The notes beneath the pieces are model-generated. The model did no database searches. It had not been told where the DNA came from and saw only the letters and a program-made list of their open reading frames with translations. A stretch of 54,794 bases of DNA from Nitrospirota bacterium (GTDB taxonomy: Bacteria; Nitrospinota; Nitrospinia; Nitrospinales; VA-1), in contig QJZQ01000054.1 in NCBI GenBank assembly GCA_003246675.1, forward strand, positions 1 through 54,794, read 5' to 3'. Position numbers and translations under genes: made by a program. Below, one piece after another: positions 9,799 to 19,798 of this stretch (position 1 is the first letter of the stretch; each line of letters begins with the position of its first letter).

Positions 9799-10614
9799 CT
9801 ACGGCAGAAGGACCAGCACTTCCTCCAGGCGTTCGATGTCGGCGCTGGGCTTCAAACGAATGGACTGGAACAGCCCCTGATCGGCACGGACCACTTCCGC
9901 CACCTGGCCGATCAGAATCCCCTTGGGAAATATCCCGCCGAGGCCGGAAGAAACCACCCGGTCGCCCACCTTCACCTCAGCGGTCTTGGGAACGAATTTC
10001 ATCTGGCACCATTTTTCCCCCGTGCCCACCACGATCCCCGGCACCCGGGAATCCTGAAAAAGAGCATCGACGGAACTGCGGCTGTCGGTGACCAGTAGAA
10101 CTTTAGAGGAGGTTGCGCTGGCTTCGATGACGTGGCCAAGCACCCCGGCATCGGTGACGACGGGAAGTTTTTCCCGCACCCCGTCGCCCATGCCCTTGTC
10201 GACAAAAACCACCTTCGACCACTGCGTCGCGTCGCGGCCGATCACCGTAGCCACCACGGAAGGCCGCGCAGGGCCCTGCTCGTCCCCCACCAGCCTGAGC
10301 AAACGGTCCTGACGGAGAATGGTCTCCTGGAGCTGGTTCTTCTCCTTGAGCAGGCGATCAAGATCCCGCTTCAGCCTCTCGTTCTCCTGGGCTGCGTCCA
10401 CCATGAAAAAATAATGGTCCACCGTTTGAGCGATGCGGCCGACCCCCGAGGAAAATACAGCCTGAACAGGCGAAAATATCGCAGAGACCCAGGATTCGAT
10501 GAACACGCCCCCCCGGTCCCGTCTCAGGTTGAGAGTGATGAGGACGAAAGAAACCAGGAGAAGGGCAAAAAAGAGAAGAAGCAGGTTTTTTCCTGAGACA
10601 CCTCTTTTGGACAC
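9799..10614 (-). CDS. mreC: Rod shape-determining protein MreC
   Basis: 271 aa. N-terminal TM, a coiled-coil segment (ENERLKRDLDRLLKEKNQLQE), and a beta-barrel domain with the typical GIFPKGILIG motif. Confidence 0.9.
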   Translation of the reverse strand: MSKRGVSGKNLLLLFFALLLVSFVLITLNLRRDRGGVFIESWVSAIFSPVQAVFSSGVGRIAQTVDHYFFMVDAAQENERLKRDLDRLLKEKNQLQETILRQDRLLRLVGDEQGPARPSVVATVIGRDATQWSKVVFVDKGMGDGVREKLPVVTDAGVLGHVIEASATSSKVLLVTDSRSSVDALFQDSRVPGIVVGTGEKWCQMKFVPKTAEVKVGDRVVSSGLGGIFPKGILIGQVAEVVRADQGLFQSIRLKPSADIERLEEVLVLLP

Positions 10615-10616
10615 AG

Positions 10617-11660
<1,044 letters not shown>

Positions 11661-11910
11661 CTATCCGATTTATGTTAAACCCTTGTTTTACATTAAGTTT
11701 CTTTTTATATCAAGGGGCCCTGAAAATTGCAAGACAAAACCCGAATCCCCATTCCGAAACGCGGCCTTCGCCCGGGGCCGCCTGGCCCACCCTCCCCGGG
11801 CGGCGGCCGGTGGCCGCGAAAGCCTTCCTTTAATAACGGTTGCCAATCCTCCCTCCGTTCTATATGATGGAAATTTTAATTAATTTCATTACTCCCTGGA
11901 GAACGTCTGA

Positions 11911-13842
11911 ATGCTGAACATCATCCGTGAACACGCCGATTCCTGGCTGGTCAAATTCATCCTGTGGATGATCATTCTTGCCTTTGTGGGCACCATTTTC
12001 TACTCCTGGGGCATGGGAGGATCGACGGCTTCACGCGGGGGCACCGTGGCAACGGTGAACGGAGCAACGGTTTCTTTCGAGGAATACGACCGGACGTTCA
12101 ACAACCTGATCAATTTCTACCGCCAACAGTTCCGCAACCAGTTTTCCGATGAAATGATCGAAAAGCTCGACCTCAAAACCCAGGCCCTCGATTCCCTCAT
12201 CGACCGGAAACTCCTCCTGGATGAAGCCGGCAAGCAAAATATCCACGTGAGCGACGCCGAACTGGTGGACCACATCCAGAGCTTCCCCGCATTCCAGAAA
12301 GACGGCGTGTTCAACGAAGAGTTCTACCGGAACTACCTTAAGTTCAACCGCCTCACGCCGAAAGATTTCGAGGAAAGCCAGCGCGAGGCCCTCGCCATCG
12401 AAAAGGTGCAGAACCTCGTCAAAGGCAACACCCAGGTTTCTGATAGCGAGATTCTCGAGGCCTACAACGCCGAAGAGGAAAAGGTCAAAATCGACTATAT
12501 CCGCTTCGCGGACGACTATTTCAGGAGCACCCAGCCGGTCAGCGAAGACGACCTGAAGAAATATTACGAGAAGAACAAGGCGAAATTCGAGATCCCCGAG
12601 CAGATCCAGGTGGAATACGTCAAGCTGGCTCCGAAAGACTACGAGAGCGGCATCGAGCTTCGCGAGGAAGATATCGAGGATTTCTACAACGCCAAACTGC
12701 CGGACTTCCGCGTGAAGAAAACCTTCAAGGCCAGCCACATCCTCTTCCAGCTTCCCCTGGATAAACCGCAGGATGGCACGAGCGACGAGGAACGCCAGAA
12801 GCAGGCGGAAGACACCGCCCGGGCGGAAGCCGAGGCCGCGCTCAAGAAAATCAGGGAAGGCGGCGACTTCGAGGCTCTCGCCAAGGAAGTCTCCGACGAC
12901 CCCTCCTCGGCCGCGGCCGGGGGCAGCCTCGGTGAGTTCCCGAGCGGCATGATGGTCGACGAATTCGAGGCGGCGCTCAACAAGCTGGCCGTCGGCGAAA
13001 TCAGCGAACCGGTGAAAACCCCCTTCGGTTATCACGTCATCCGCCTCGACGGCGTCACCGAGGAGCGCGTCAAGCCGCTCTCAGAAGTGCGGGAGACGGT
13101 CGAAACCCAACTCAGGCAGGAGAAAGCACGGCTCAAGGTCAAACGCATCGTGCGCCGCCTGCACCAGGCAGCCACGGTCAGCGGGAACCTGAAGAGCGCG
13201 GCCAAGGAGCAGGAGACCGACAGCCAGACCACCGCCTTCTTCTCAAGAGATAAGCATGACCTGCCGGAAATCGGCCGGGCGCCGGAGTTTTACAACCTCG
13301 CCTTCAGCCTGCAGGAAAACGAGATCGGAGAACCGGTGACCACCTTTGAAGCCTCCTTCATCCTGAAAATCGTCGCCAAAAAGGCCCCCTCCATTCCCGA
13401 ACTGGGGGATGTCCGCGCCGAGGTCGAAAAGGCCGCCACCCAGAACCGCGACCGGGATTTCACCCAGGAAAAGTTCAAGCAGTTCGCCGAGCGCCTCAAG
13501 AAGGAAAATGACCTCAAAGGCATCGCTGGCGATATCAAGGAAGACATTCTCCACACGCCCTTCTTCAGCCGGGCCGATTCCATCCCCGGCATCGGCAACG
13601 TGGACGCGCTCAAGGACAAGGTTTTTGGCGTCAAGGAAGGCGAGACCGTCGCGGTCTCGGCGCTCGGCAAGCATTACCTCGTGCGGGTTCAGGGCATTCA
13701 AGAGCCCAGCGCGCCCGATACCGGAGAGAAGAAAAAACTGGCCGAACGCCTGGTGAGGCAGAAATCGAACTTTGTTCTCCAGGATTGGTTGAAAAACCTG
13801 CGCGAACGCTCCGACGTCAAGGTCGACAAAACCCTGCTCTAG
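11911..13842 (+). CDS. ppiD: Periplasmic chaperone / peptidyl-prolyl isomerase PpiD-like
   Basis: 643 aa. N-terminal TM anchor ([19 protein letters not shown]), a SurA-N-like domain, and a parvulin domain (FKASHILF...FGYHVIRL). Confidence 0.8.
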   Translation: MLNIIREHADSWLVKFILWMIILAFVGTIFYSWGMGGSTASRGGTVATVNGATVSFEEYDRTFNNLINFYRQQFRNQFSDEMIEKLDLKTQALDSLIDRKLLLDEAGKQNIHVSDAELVDHIQSFPAFQKDGVFNEEFYRNYLKFNRLTPKDFEESQREALAIEKVQNLVKGNTQVSDSEILEAYNAEEEKVKIDYIRFADDYFRSTQPVSEDDLKKYYEKNKAKFEIPEQIQVEYVKLAPKDYESGIELREEDIEDFYNAKLPDFRVKKTFKASHILFQLPLDKPQDGTSDEERQKQAEDTARAEAEAALKKIREGGDFEALAKEVSDDPSSAAAGGSLGEFPSGMMVDEFEAALNKLAVGEISEPVKTPFGYHVIRLDGVTEERVKPLSEVRETVETQLRQEKARLKVKRIVRRLHQAATVSGNLKSAAKEQETDSQTTAFFSRDKHDLPEIGRAPEFYNLAFSLQENEIGEPVTTFEASFILKIVAKKAPSIPELGDVRAEVEKAATQNRDRDFTQEKFKQFAERLKKENDLKGIAGDIKEDILHTPFFSRADSIPGIGNVDALKDKVFGVKEGETVAVSALGKHYLVRVQGIQEPSAPDTGEKKKLAERLVRQKSNFVLQDWLKNLRERSDVKVDKTLL

Positions 13843-13961
13843 AAAATTTTGCCGGGTGGGGGCTCATTCCGTCAGGCCAGCTGGCGCGGGCCTGCGCGAA
13901 CGCTCCGGCGGCAAGGCCCCTTAAGCGCTCCTTCGGGAGCCTGCCGCGGTGGCGGGGGAAT

Positions 13962-15323
13962 TTAGACGGTTTTTTTATAGAGCCTGTGGATCTTCAGCAC
14001 CTTTTCCACCAGCGACTCGATATCCACGGCAATCACGCGGATCATTTCTTCCTTCCCCATCCCGCCGAGATCGTAGACGATATCGGGAACACGCCCATAC
14101 CGGCTGATCGCCGTATCGGTCCCCCATTCCAGCGACGACCCCTCCTTTTCCTTCACCCGTACCGGCTCTTCCGCACGGTCGAACGAGGCCATGGTGAATT
14201 TTAGACGGCGGCAGATGGCGAGAAGCTCCTTGTCGCAGCGGATGTTCATCACCGCGCGCTGGCCCGGGTCATGCTTCATGACCGAGAGCACGACATTGGC
14301 GACATGGCGGGAGCCGCCGAACGCGGCCGGAGCAAGGGTGACCGCGTCGTCGCCCAGCCGGTTGATACGCCCCGGAAAAGCCACCACATCCTCGTGGGCC
14401 GCCGCACCTTCCAGGCCGACTCCGATGTTCGACTGCACCTCGGGAATCAGGCGGCCGATTTTCTCCTGCTTGAGAACGTCCATCGCGCGCGCCACGCGGA
14501 GCAGAAGGTCGCTTTTATCCTCCTCCCGGTACAGGCCCGCCAGCGGTTCGACAGCGGCGACGCCCTCGCCCGATCGGACGGCGCCCCGGATGGCCGTGCC
14601 GATGAATTGCTTCGCCAGGCACACCGCCGTGGACGGGTCTTCCCCACGGGCGAGTTGGGCGGCGATAGCGGCGGCGAGCACGCAGCCGGTGCCGTGCAGA
14701 TCTTCCTCCGTCAGGCGCGGCGCGTCGAGCAACAGCGGCCGTCCGCCATCGTAATAAAAGTCCTCCGGCCGCCCCTTCAGGTGGCCTCCCTTGATGAGCA
14801 CGCTCCCTACCCCGGTTTTCAGGATCGCACGGGCGGCCTTCAGGCGATCCTTAGGCGTTTTGATGCGGACGCCGGAGAGAATCTCGGCTTCTTTCAGGTT
14901 CGGCGTCACGAGGGACGCAAGAGGCAACAGCGACTCCTTGAGCGCCCTCACCCCCGCCGCGGTCAACAGGGTCTTGCCGTCGGAGGACTGTATCACCGGG
15001 TCCACCACCAGCCGCCGCACTCGATGGCGCTTGAGTTGACGGGACACCGCTTCCACGATCTGTTCGTTACCCAGCATTCCGGTTTTCACCGCGTTGGGCT
15101 TGCCATCGGCAAACAACGCCGCCAGCTGACCGTCCACCACTTCAGGCGGCAGGTGGAAGGTGGACAGGACGCCCAGGGTGTTCTGCGCGGTGATCGAGGC
15201 GATGGCCGACAGGCCACAAACGCGGTGGGCCGCAAAGGTTTTAAGGTCGGCCTGAATTCCGGCGCCACCGCTGGAGTCGGACCCTGCAATGGTGAGCGCC
15301 GTGGCTCGCTTATCTGAGTTCAT
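13962..15323 (-). CDS. thiDN: Bifunctional ThiD-ThiN fusion: hydroxymethylpyrimidine/phosphomethylpyrimidine kinase plus ThiN-type thiamine-phosphate synthase domain
   Basis: N-terminal half: [42 protein letters not shown] (ThiD). C-terminal ~180 aa: [46 protein letters not shown] (ThiN-like). Start taken at ATG 15323 (MNSDKRA...), not the track start 15428. Confidence 0.8.
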   Translation of the reverse strand: MNSDKRATALTIAGSDSSGGAGIQADLKTFAAHRVCGLSAIASITAQNTLGVLSTFHLPPEVVDGQLAALFADGKPNAVKTGMLGNEQIVEAVSRQLKRHRVRRLVVDPVIQSSDGKTLLTAAGVRALKESLLPLASLVTPNLKEAEILSGVRIKTPKDRLKAARAILKTGVGSVLIKGGHLKGRPEDFYYDGGRPLLLDAPRLTEEDLHGTGCVLAAAIAAQLARGEDPSTAVCLAKQFIGTAIRGAVRSGEGVAAVEPLAGLYREEDKSDLLLRVARAMDVLKQEKIGRLIPEVQSNIGVGLEGAAAHEDVVAFPGRINRLGDDAVTLAPAAFGGSRHVANVVLSVMKHDPGQRAVMNIRCDKELLAICRRLKFTMASFDRAEEPVRVKEKEGSSLEWGTDTAISRYGRVPDIVYDLGGMGKEEMIRVIAVDIESLVEKVLKIHRLYKKTV

Positions 15324-15345
15324 GGTCAAAGGTCGGTCAAAGGTT
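15324..15345. repeat. Tandem 11-mer ggtcaaaggtc / ggtcaaaggtt directly abutting the thiDN start codon
   Basis: 15324..15334 and 15335..15345 match at 10 of 11 positions. On the coding (minus) strand this reads AACCTTTGACC-GACCTTTGACC-ATG. Confidence 0.9.
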
Positions 15346-15494
15346 CTGGGTTTCCGTGCCGGGGGGTATTGCCACGGCCGGTGCGGCCCGCCACTTGGCG
15401 GCGGGACCCCGCAGGAGGGTCGGTGCACGAGAGATAACTCTAGCAGACGAGCGGGAAGCCTGGCAACTCTTATTGCCTGGAGGGAAAATGCGGA

Positions 15495-17315
15495 TCAGCC
15501 CACCGTCACCGATTTCGCCAGCGAGCGTGGCTTGTCCACGTTACGCTTCAGGGTGGTGGCGGTGAAGTACGAGAACAACTGCCCGATGACGAGTTGAATG
15601 AACGGGGCCACCAGGGGCGATACCGGGGGAAGGATCAGCTCTTCGCTGAACAGGTCCTTGTTTTTTCCCCGCTCATCGAAATGGATGCCCAGCACAAAAC
15701 CCGCACGGGCGCGAATCTCCTCGACGCAATGCAGCGTGGACTGATGGAGATCCTTATCTTCCCGGGGCGGAATGAAAACGATGGAGTAGATGCTATCGTC
15801 GATGAGCGCCAGCGTGCCGTGCTTCAGGAAGCCGCCGGGCATCCCCTCCGCATGAACGTAGGCCACTTCCTTCATTTTGAGGGCCGATTCCAGAGCGACA
15901 GGATAATACATGCCCCGCCCCAGGTACAGCCAGTGCTTGGTGTGGGCATAGCGGTGAGCGATGCGGTGAATGAACCCCGAACGCTCGTTGAGGATGCCCT
16001 GGATGATGGCGGGCAGCTCGCCCAGCTCGGCCAGGTGCCGGTCGAAGGCTTTCTTTGTCAGGACCTTCTTTTTCAGCCCCAGGCGAAGCGCCAGAAGCGT
16101 CATGACCGTCATCTGGGAAATCACCGCCTTGGTGCTGATCACGCAGATTTCCGGCCCCGAGCCCTGCAGGATCACCTTGTCGACGAGGCGCGCGATGGAG
16201 GAACCCATGACATTGACCACGGCGGCCGTTTTCGCCTTTTTCTCCCGGGCGAATTTGAGCGCGGTCAGGGTGTCGTAGGTCTCGCCCGACTGCGAAACCG
16301 CCAGCACCAGGCTGTCCGCGTCGACACTGGCCAGGCTCACGAATTCATCGGAACTGGTGGCGGGGACAAATTCCCGCGCCAGCCAGGCAAAAACGTATTT
16401 CGCGAAGTTGGCCACATAATACGTGGAGCCGACGCCGGTGAGATGCGTTTGCCGGCTCTCGTAAATCATCTCCACCAGTTCGTCGAGCGGCGCCGCGCCG
16501 AGGCCGAGAACGTTGGCCACGGTTTGCGGTTGCTCGTAAATCTCCTTGAGCATGTAATGCGGGTAGCCGCCCTTTTTCGAGGTCTCGCTGTCCCAGTCGA
16601 GCTGGGTGATGGGCTTGGTGATCTCCTGCCCCGTGAGGGCGTTTTTCACCACGTAGCTGTCGCGGGAAATCACCGCGTACTCGCCGTCGTCGATGATCAC
16701 CGCGTTCTTGGTGTAATCGATGAACGCGTTAAAATCCGACCCGATGAACTTGATCTCGTCGCCGATGCCGAGCATCAGGGGCGATTCGCGCTTGGCGCAG
16801 TAAATGTGCTCCGGGTCATACGAACTTATGAACGCGATAGCAAACGAACCCTCGAGAAGATGCAGCGTCTTCACCAGCGCCGCTTCCGGGCTTTTCGTCA
16901 CCTTGTAAAATTTTTCCAGCAGATGCGGGATGACTTCCGTGTCGGTTTCCGAATCAAAAGAGTGCCCTTCCTTTTTCAACTGGTCCCGAAGCTGGCGGTA
17001 ATTGGAAATGATGCCATTATGAACCACGGCGAAACGGCCGTCGCACGATGCAAACGGGTGGGTGTTATTACGCGTCACCTTGCCGTGCGTGGCCCATCGG
17101 GTATGGGCGATGCCCATCTGGCTTTTGATCTCGAGGACATGCTCCTTGCGGAAAAACTCCTCCACCCCGCCGATGTTCTTCTTGATGACGATGCTCTTTT
17201 CGTCCATGAGAGCCACACCGCAGGAATCGTACCCCCGGTATTCCAGGTTGCGAATGCCTTCAAACAGGGCTCGGGTAATATTCCCCATCCCAACGACGGC
17301 GTTGATGCCACACAT
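15495..17315 (-). CDS. glmS: Glutamine--fructose-6-phosphate aminotransferase
   Basis: Start at ATG 17315 gives MCGINAVVG (catalytic Cys2). Two SIS domains and the C-terminal ...KPRSLAKSVTVG motif. 606 aa. Confidence 0.95.
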   Translation of the reverse strand: MCGINAVVGMGNITRALFEGIRNLEYRGYDSCGVALMDEKSIVIKKNIGGVEEFFRKEHVLEIKSQMGIAHTRWATHGKVTRNNTHPFASCDGRFAVVHNGIISNYRQLRDQLKKEGHSFDSETDTEVIPHLLEKFYKVTKSPEAALVKTLHLLEGSFAIAFISSYDPEHIYCAKRESPLMLGIGDEIKFIGSDFNAFIDYTKNAVIIDDGEYAVISRDSYVVKNALTGQEITKPITQLDWDSETSKKGGYPHYMLKEIYEQPQTVANVLGLGAAPLDELVEMIYESRQTHLTGVGSTYYVANFAKYVFAWLAREFVPATSSDEFVSLASVDADSLVLAVSQSGETYDTLTALKFAREKKAKTAAVVNVMGSSIARLVDKVILQGSGPEICVISTKAVISQMTVMTLLALRLGLKKKVLTKKAFDRHLAELGELPAIIQGILNERSGFIHRIAHRYAHTKHWLYLGRGMYYPVALESALKMKEVAYVHAEGMPGGFLKHGTLALIDDSIYSIVFIPPREDKDLHQSTLHCVEEIRARAGFVLGIHFDERGKNKDLFSEELILPPVSPLVAPFIQLVIGQLFSYFTATTLKRNVDKPRSLAKSVTVG

Positions 17316-17325
17316 AGGCGTCCCT

Positions 17326-18528
17326 TTAACGATGAGTGATGGAGTAACAGGCGGACCAGGTTTTCCCCGGTGGAACCACCATGCCCGGCTGAATCGTATT
17401 TCCCGCGCCGATAATGGCTGCGTCGCCGATGAAGGCGCCAAGCTTGGATAAACCTGTCGGCAGGCTTTTTTTTCCGCTCTTCACGCTGATGGGCGTAAGG
17501 TCGATGGAGCGGTTGACGGTCATGGACCCCGCGCCGATGTCCACCCCCTCGCCGACCACGCTGTCGCCGATGAAGGACAGCCGGCCGATGCGCGCCCCGT
17601 CGAGAACCACGCAGTTCTTCAGTTCGACGCCGTAACCCACCGAGCACTGGTTGCCCAGCGAGGAGTAGCTTCGCACCAGGGAATTGTTGCCGACATACGT
17701 TCCCTTGCCGATGTAGCAGGGCCCTTCGAGAACGGCCCCGGCCTTGACCACCGCCCCATCGTCGATGACCACGGTGCCCTGGATCGTGAGGTTGGCCTCC
17801 AGCGTGGCGGATTTGGAAATGCGCGACGTTTGCCAGGAGTCCATGAGCACTTTATTGGCTTCCAGAATCTGCCAGGGGTAAACGATGTCCAGCCACTCGT
17901 CTTCCCACATCGAGGCGTACATGCCTTCCTGGACGGTTTTATTAAGGGCCTTTTCCATGTTCGCGCCGTTTTTCTCCAACAAATTGAAAAATGACGCCGG
18001 TAAAATGAAAACTCCCGAAAGCACGTAATTGCCCAGATTGTCGCTTTTTGGCTTTTCAATGAGCCGGGTGATCTTCATTTGCGCGTTCAGGAAAACATTG
18101 CCGAACATCTGGTTCGAGGGCGGCAGGCAGATCGAGGCCACGGGCGCCTTGAAGGAATGAAACGATTGCTGGACCTTGGTGAAAATGTTTTGCGCGGTCA
18201 GCGTATCCCCGTAGACCAGGAGAAAATATTCTCCGGGCTGGATTTTATCCTTCACCTTGAGCACCGCGCGGCCGATACCGCGCGAACGCCCCTGCTCGAC
18301 GTAATGCAGGTTCAGGCCGTCCTCATCGCGCTCGCCCATGGCGGAGATGAGCTTTTCCTTCTGGTGCTCGACGACGACGAAGATGTCGTGAATGCCCGAC
18401 TGCTTGAGGAGGTCAAGGGTGTTGTCGAAAAGCGTCCGCCCCGCCACCCGCACCATGGCGATGGGCCGGGTATCGGAAAATGGCGTGAGGTTCGGCGCGT
18501 TGCCGGCGGCAAGGATAATGGCTTTCAT
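17326..18528 (-). CDS. Archaeal-type (ST0452-like) sugar-1-phosphate nucleotidyltransferase / left-handed beta-helix acetyltransferase, with a degenerate nucleotide-binding loop
   Basis: 400 aa. N-terminal NTP-transferase fold (MKAIILAAG...YGDTL...IEKPK). C-terminal hexapeptide repeats (GRLSFIGDSVVGEGVDIGAGSMTVN...KLGAFIGDAAIIGAGNTI). The glycine-rich loop reads LAAGNAPNLTP instead of LAAGxGxRLxP. Confidence 0.75.
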   Translation of the reverse strand: MKAIILAAGNAPNLTPFSDTRPIAMVRVAGRTLFDNTLDLLKQSGIHDIFVVVEHQKEKLISAMGERDEDGLNLHYVEQGRSRGIGRAVLKVKDKIQPGEYFLLVYGDTLTAQNIFTKVQQSFHSFKAPVASICLPPSNQMFGNVFLNAQMKITRLIEKPKSDNLGNYVLSGVFILPASFFNLLEKNGANMEKALNKTVQEGMYASMWEDEWLDIVYPWQILEANKVLMDSWQTSRISKSATLEANLTIQGTVVIDDGAVVKAGAVLEGPCYIGKGTYVGNNSLVRSYSSLGNQCSVGYGVELKNCVVLDGARIGRLSFIGDSVVGEGVDIGAGSMTVNRSIDLTPISVKSGKKSLPTGLSKLGAFIGDAAIIGAGNTIQPGMVVPPGKTWSACYSITHR

Positions 18529-18573
18529 TTACAGTTTCCCATGGGGACGGAGGTTAAGGCGTAATGCCCCGCT

Positions 18574-19314
18574 TCAGTCTCGGGACGCCAGGATTTCCTC
18601 GGCTTTTCTTAAGTCTTCCGGAGAGTTGACGCCGAAAATTTCGTCCGCGTCTTCGGTTACCACCGAAGCCAGAGGCAACCGTTGCGCGGCAAAATTCGCA
18701 ATGGTGTCGGTCAAATAAAACTCGTTTTGGGCGTTGCTGCACCCCAAATCGCTTAAAGCCTTAAATAACAACCCTTTATTAAAACAATAAACCCCGGAGT
18801 TGAATTCGTCAACCGAATTCTCCTGCGCCCCGGCGTCGGCCTTTTCGACAATCCGCGCCACCTCGCCCGAGGCATCGCGCAGCACCCGGCCATAATCGTT
18901 CTTTTTCCGCGTCTTCAGCGTCAGCAGGGTGCAGGCGGCCCCGCTTTCCCGGTGCTTTTCGATCAGTTGAATCATCGTCTCGCTTTTCACAAACGGCATG
19001 TCGCCGCAAAGCACAAGAACGTCGCCGGAGTAGTCCGCCAAAGCCGCTTCGGCCTGCTGCACCGCGTGCCCCGTCCCCAACTGCTGCTCTTGCAGGGCGA
19101 ACTCCACCGCCCGGCCGGCGCACGCCTGCCGCACCCGGTCGGCCTGAAAACCCACGACCACCACCACACGGTCGGGACGGACAGGGTCCAGGGCCTCAAG
19201 GACAAACTGGAGCAGGGGTTTGCCGGCCAGCGGCTGCAGCACCTTGGCCAGGGGGGATTTCATGCGCTTGCCCTGCCCCGCCGCGAGAACAATGACCGCT
19301 AGTTTTTTTTGCAT
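18574..19314 (-). CDS. GlmU-like UDP-N-acetylglucosamine pyrophosphorylase domain protein (uridyltransferase domain only, no LbH acetyltransferase domain)
   Basis: 246 aa. VIVLAAGQGKRMKS, LAGKPLL, EQQLGTGHAV, VLCGDMP, NSGVYCF and EFYLTD align with residues ~1-235 of bacterial GlmU. The ORF stops where the GlmU linker/LbH would begin. Confidence 0.8.
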   Translation of the reverse strand: MQKKLAVIVLAAGQGKRMKSPLAKVLQPLAGKPLLQFVLEALDPVRPDRVVVVVGFQADRVRQACAGRAVEFALQEQQLGTGHAVQQAEAALADYSGDVLVLCGDMPFVKSETMIQLIEKHRESGAACTLLTLKTRKKNDYGRVLRDASGEVARIVEKADAGAQENSVDEFNSGVYCFNKGLLFKALSDLGCSNAQNEFYLTDTIANFAAQRLPLASVVTEDADEIFGVNSPEDLRKAEEILASRD

Positions 19315-19562
19315 GTGATCTTGAAGTCTTTAATCTTTTTCCTTAAGGTATTTCGATTGATACCGAGGATATTGGCCGCCTGAGTCTGGTTGCCGCCGGT
19401 GCTTTCGAGAACGATTTCGACCAGGGGTTTCTCCACACCGCCGACGATGAGCTCGTGCAGCCCGCCGTTCTCTTTCCCATCCATATGGGAAACGTATTCC
19501 TCGACGGTTTTGTGAAGCCAGTCTTCCAGGAAGGAGCGGACCTTTTTATTGTTACGTTCCAT
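19299..19562 (-). CDS. Fis-family helix-turn-helix DNA-binding protein
   Basis: 87 aa. C-terminal GNQTQAANILGINRNTLRKKIK is the Fis/NtrC-type HTH. The 3-prime end overlaps the downstream glmU-like start by 16 nt. Confidence 0.75.
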   Translation of the reverse strand: MERNNKKVRSFLEDWLHKTVEEYVSHMDGKENGGLHELIVGGVEKPLVEIVLESTGGNQTQAANILGINRNTLRKKIKDFKITCKKN

Positions 19563-19798
19563 GAGATCGGCAAGAAGCTAATAGATGCAGAATTCGGTCC
19601 AGGAAGGACAAACAATCCGAAAACCTGTATGATGTGTGTGGCGGATACTAACAAACAAGCCCCAGAGGGTCAAGCCCTATTCCCCGGCCGGCGGCGGGAA
19701 GCCCCCGGCGCCGCTCATGCGGAGCGCTCCGCGCAGGGGAAGATGGCCCCATGCCTTTGAAAATCAACAACCCGAGAAGCAGGAGACCCTTAACGGCC

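Noticed and set aside
15324-15494. TPP riboswitch upstream of thiDN
   Set aside because: I looked on the minus strand for the conserved CUGAGA and ACCUGAUCUGGAUAAUGCCAGCG cores and found neither. A covariance-model scan would be decisive.
17316-17325. glmS ribozyme upstream of glmS
   Set aside because: Only 10 nt separate glmS from the upstream ORF, which leaves no room for the ~170-nt ribozyme. glmS appears to be co-transcribed with the preceding genes.
15594-17339. 581-aa plus-strand ORF antisense to glmS. The same reasoning applies to 25629..27635 (antisense to dxs), 31262..32548 (argD), 32401..33441 (argF) and 35211..36179 (tgt).
   Set aside because: The opposite strand encodes textbook proteins with full motif sets in each case. 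These ORFs have low-complexity R/H/G/V/D composition and no signatures.
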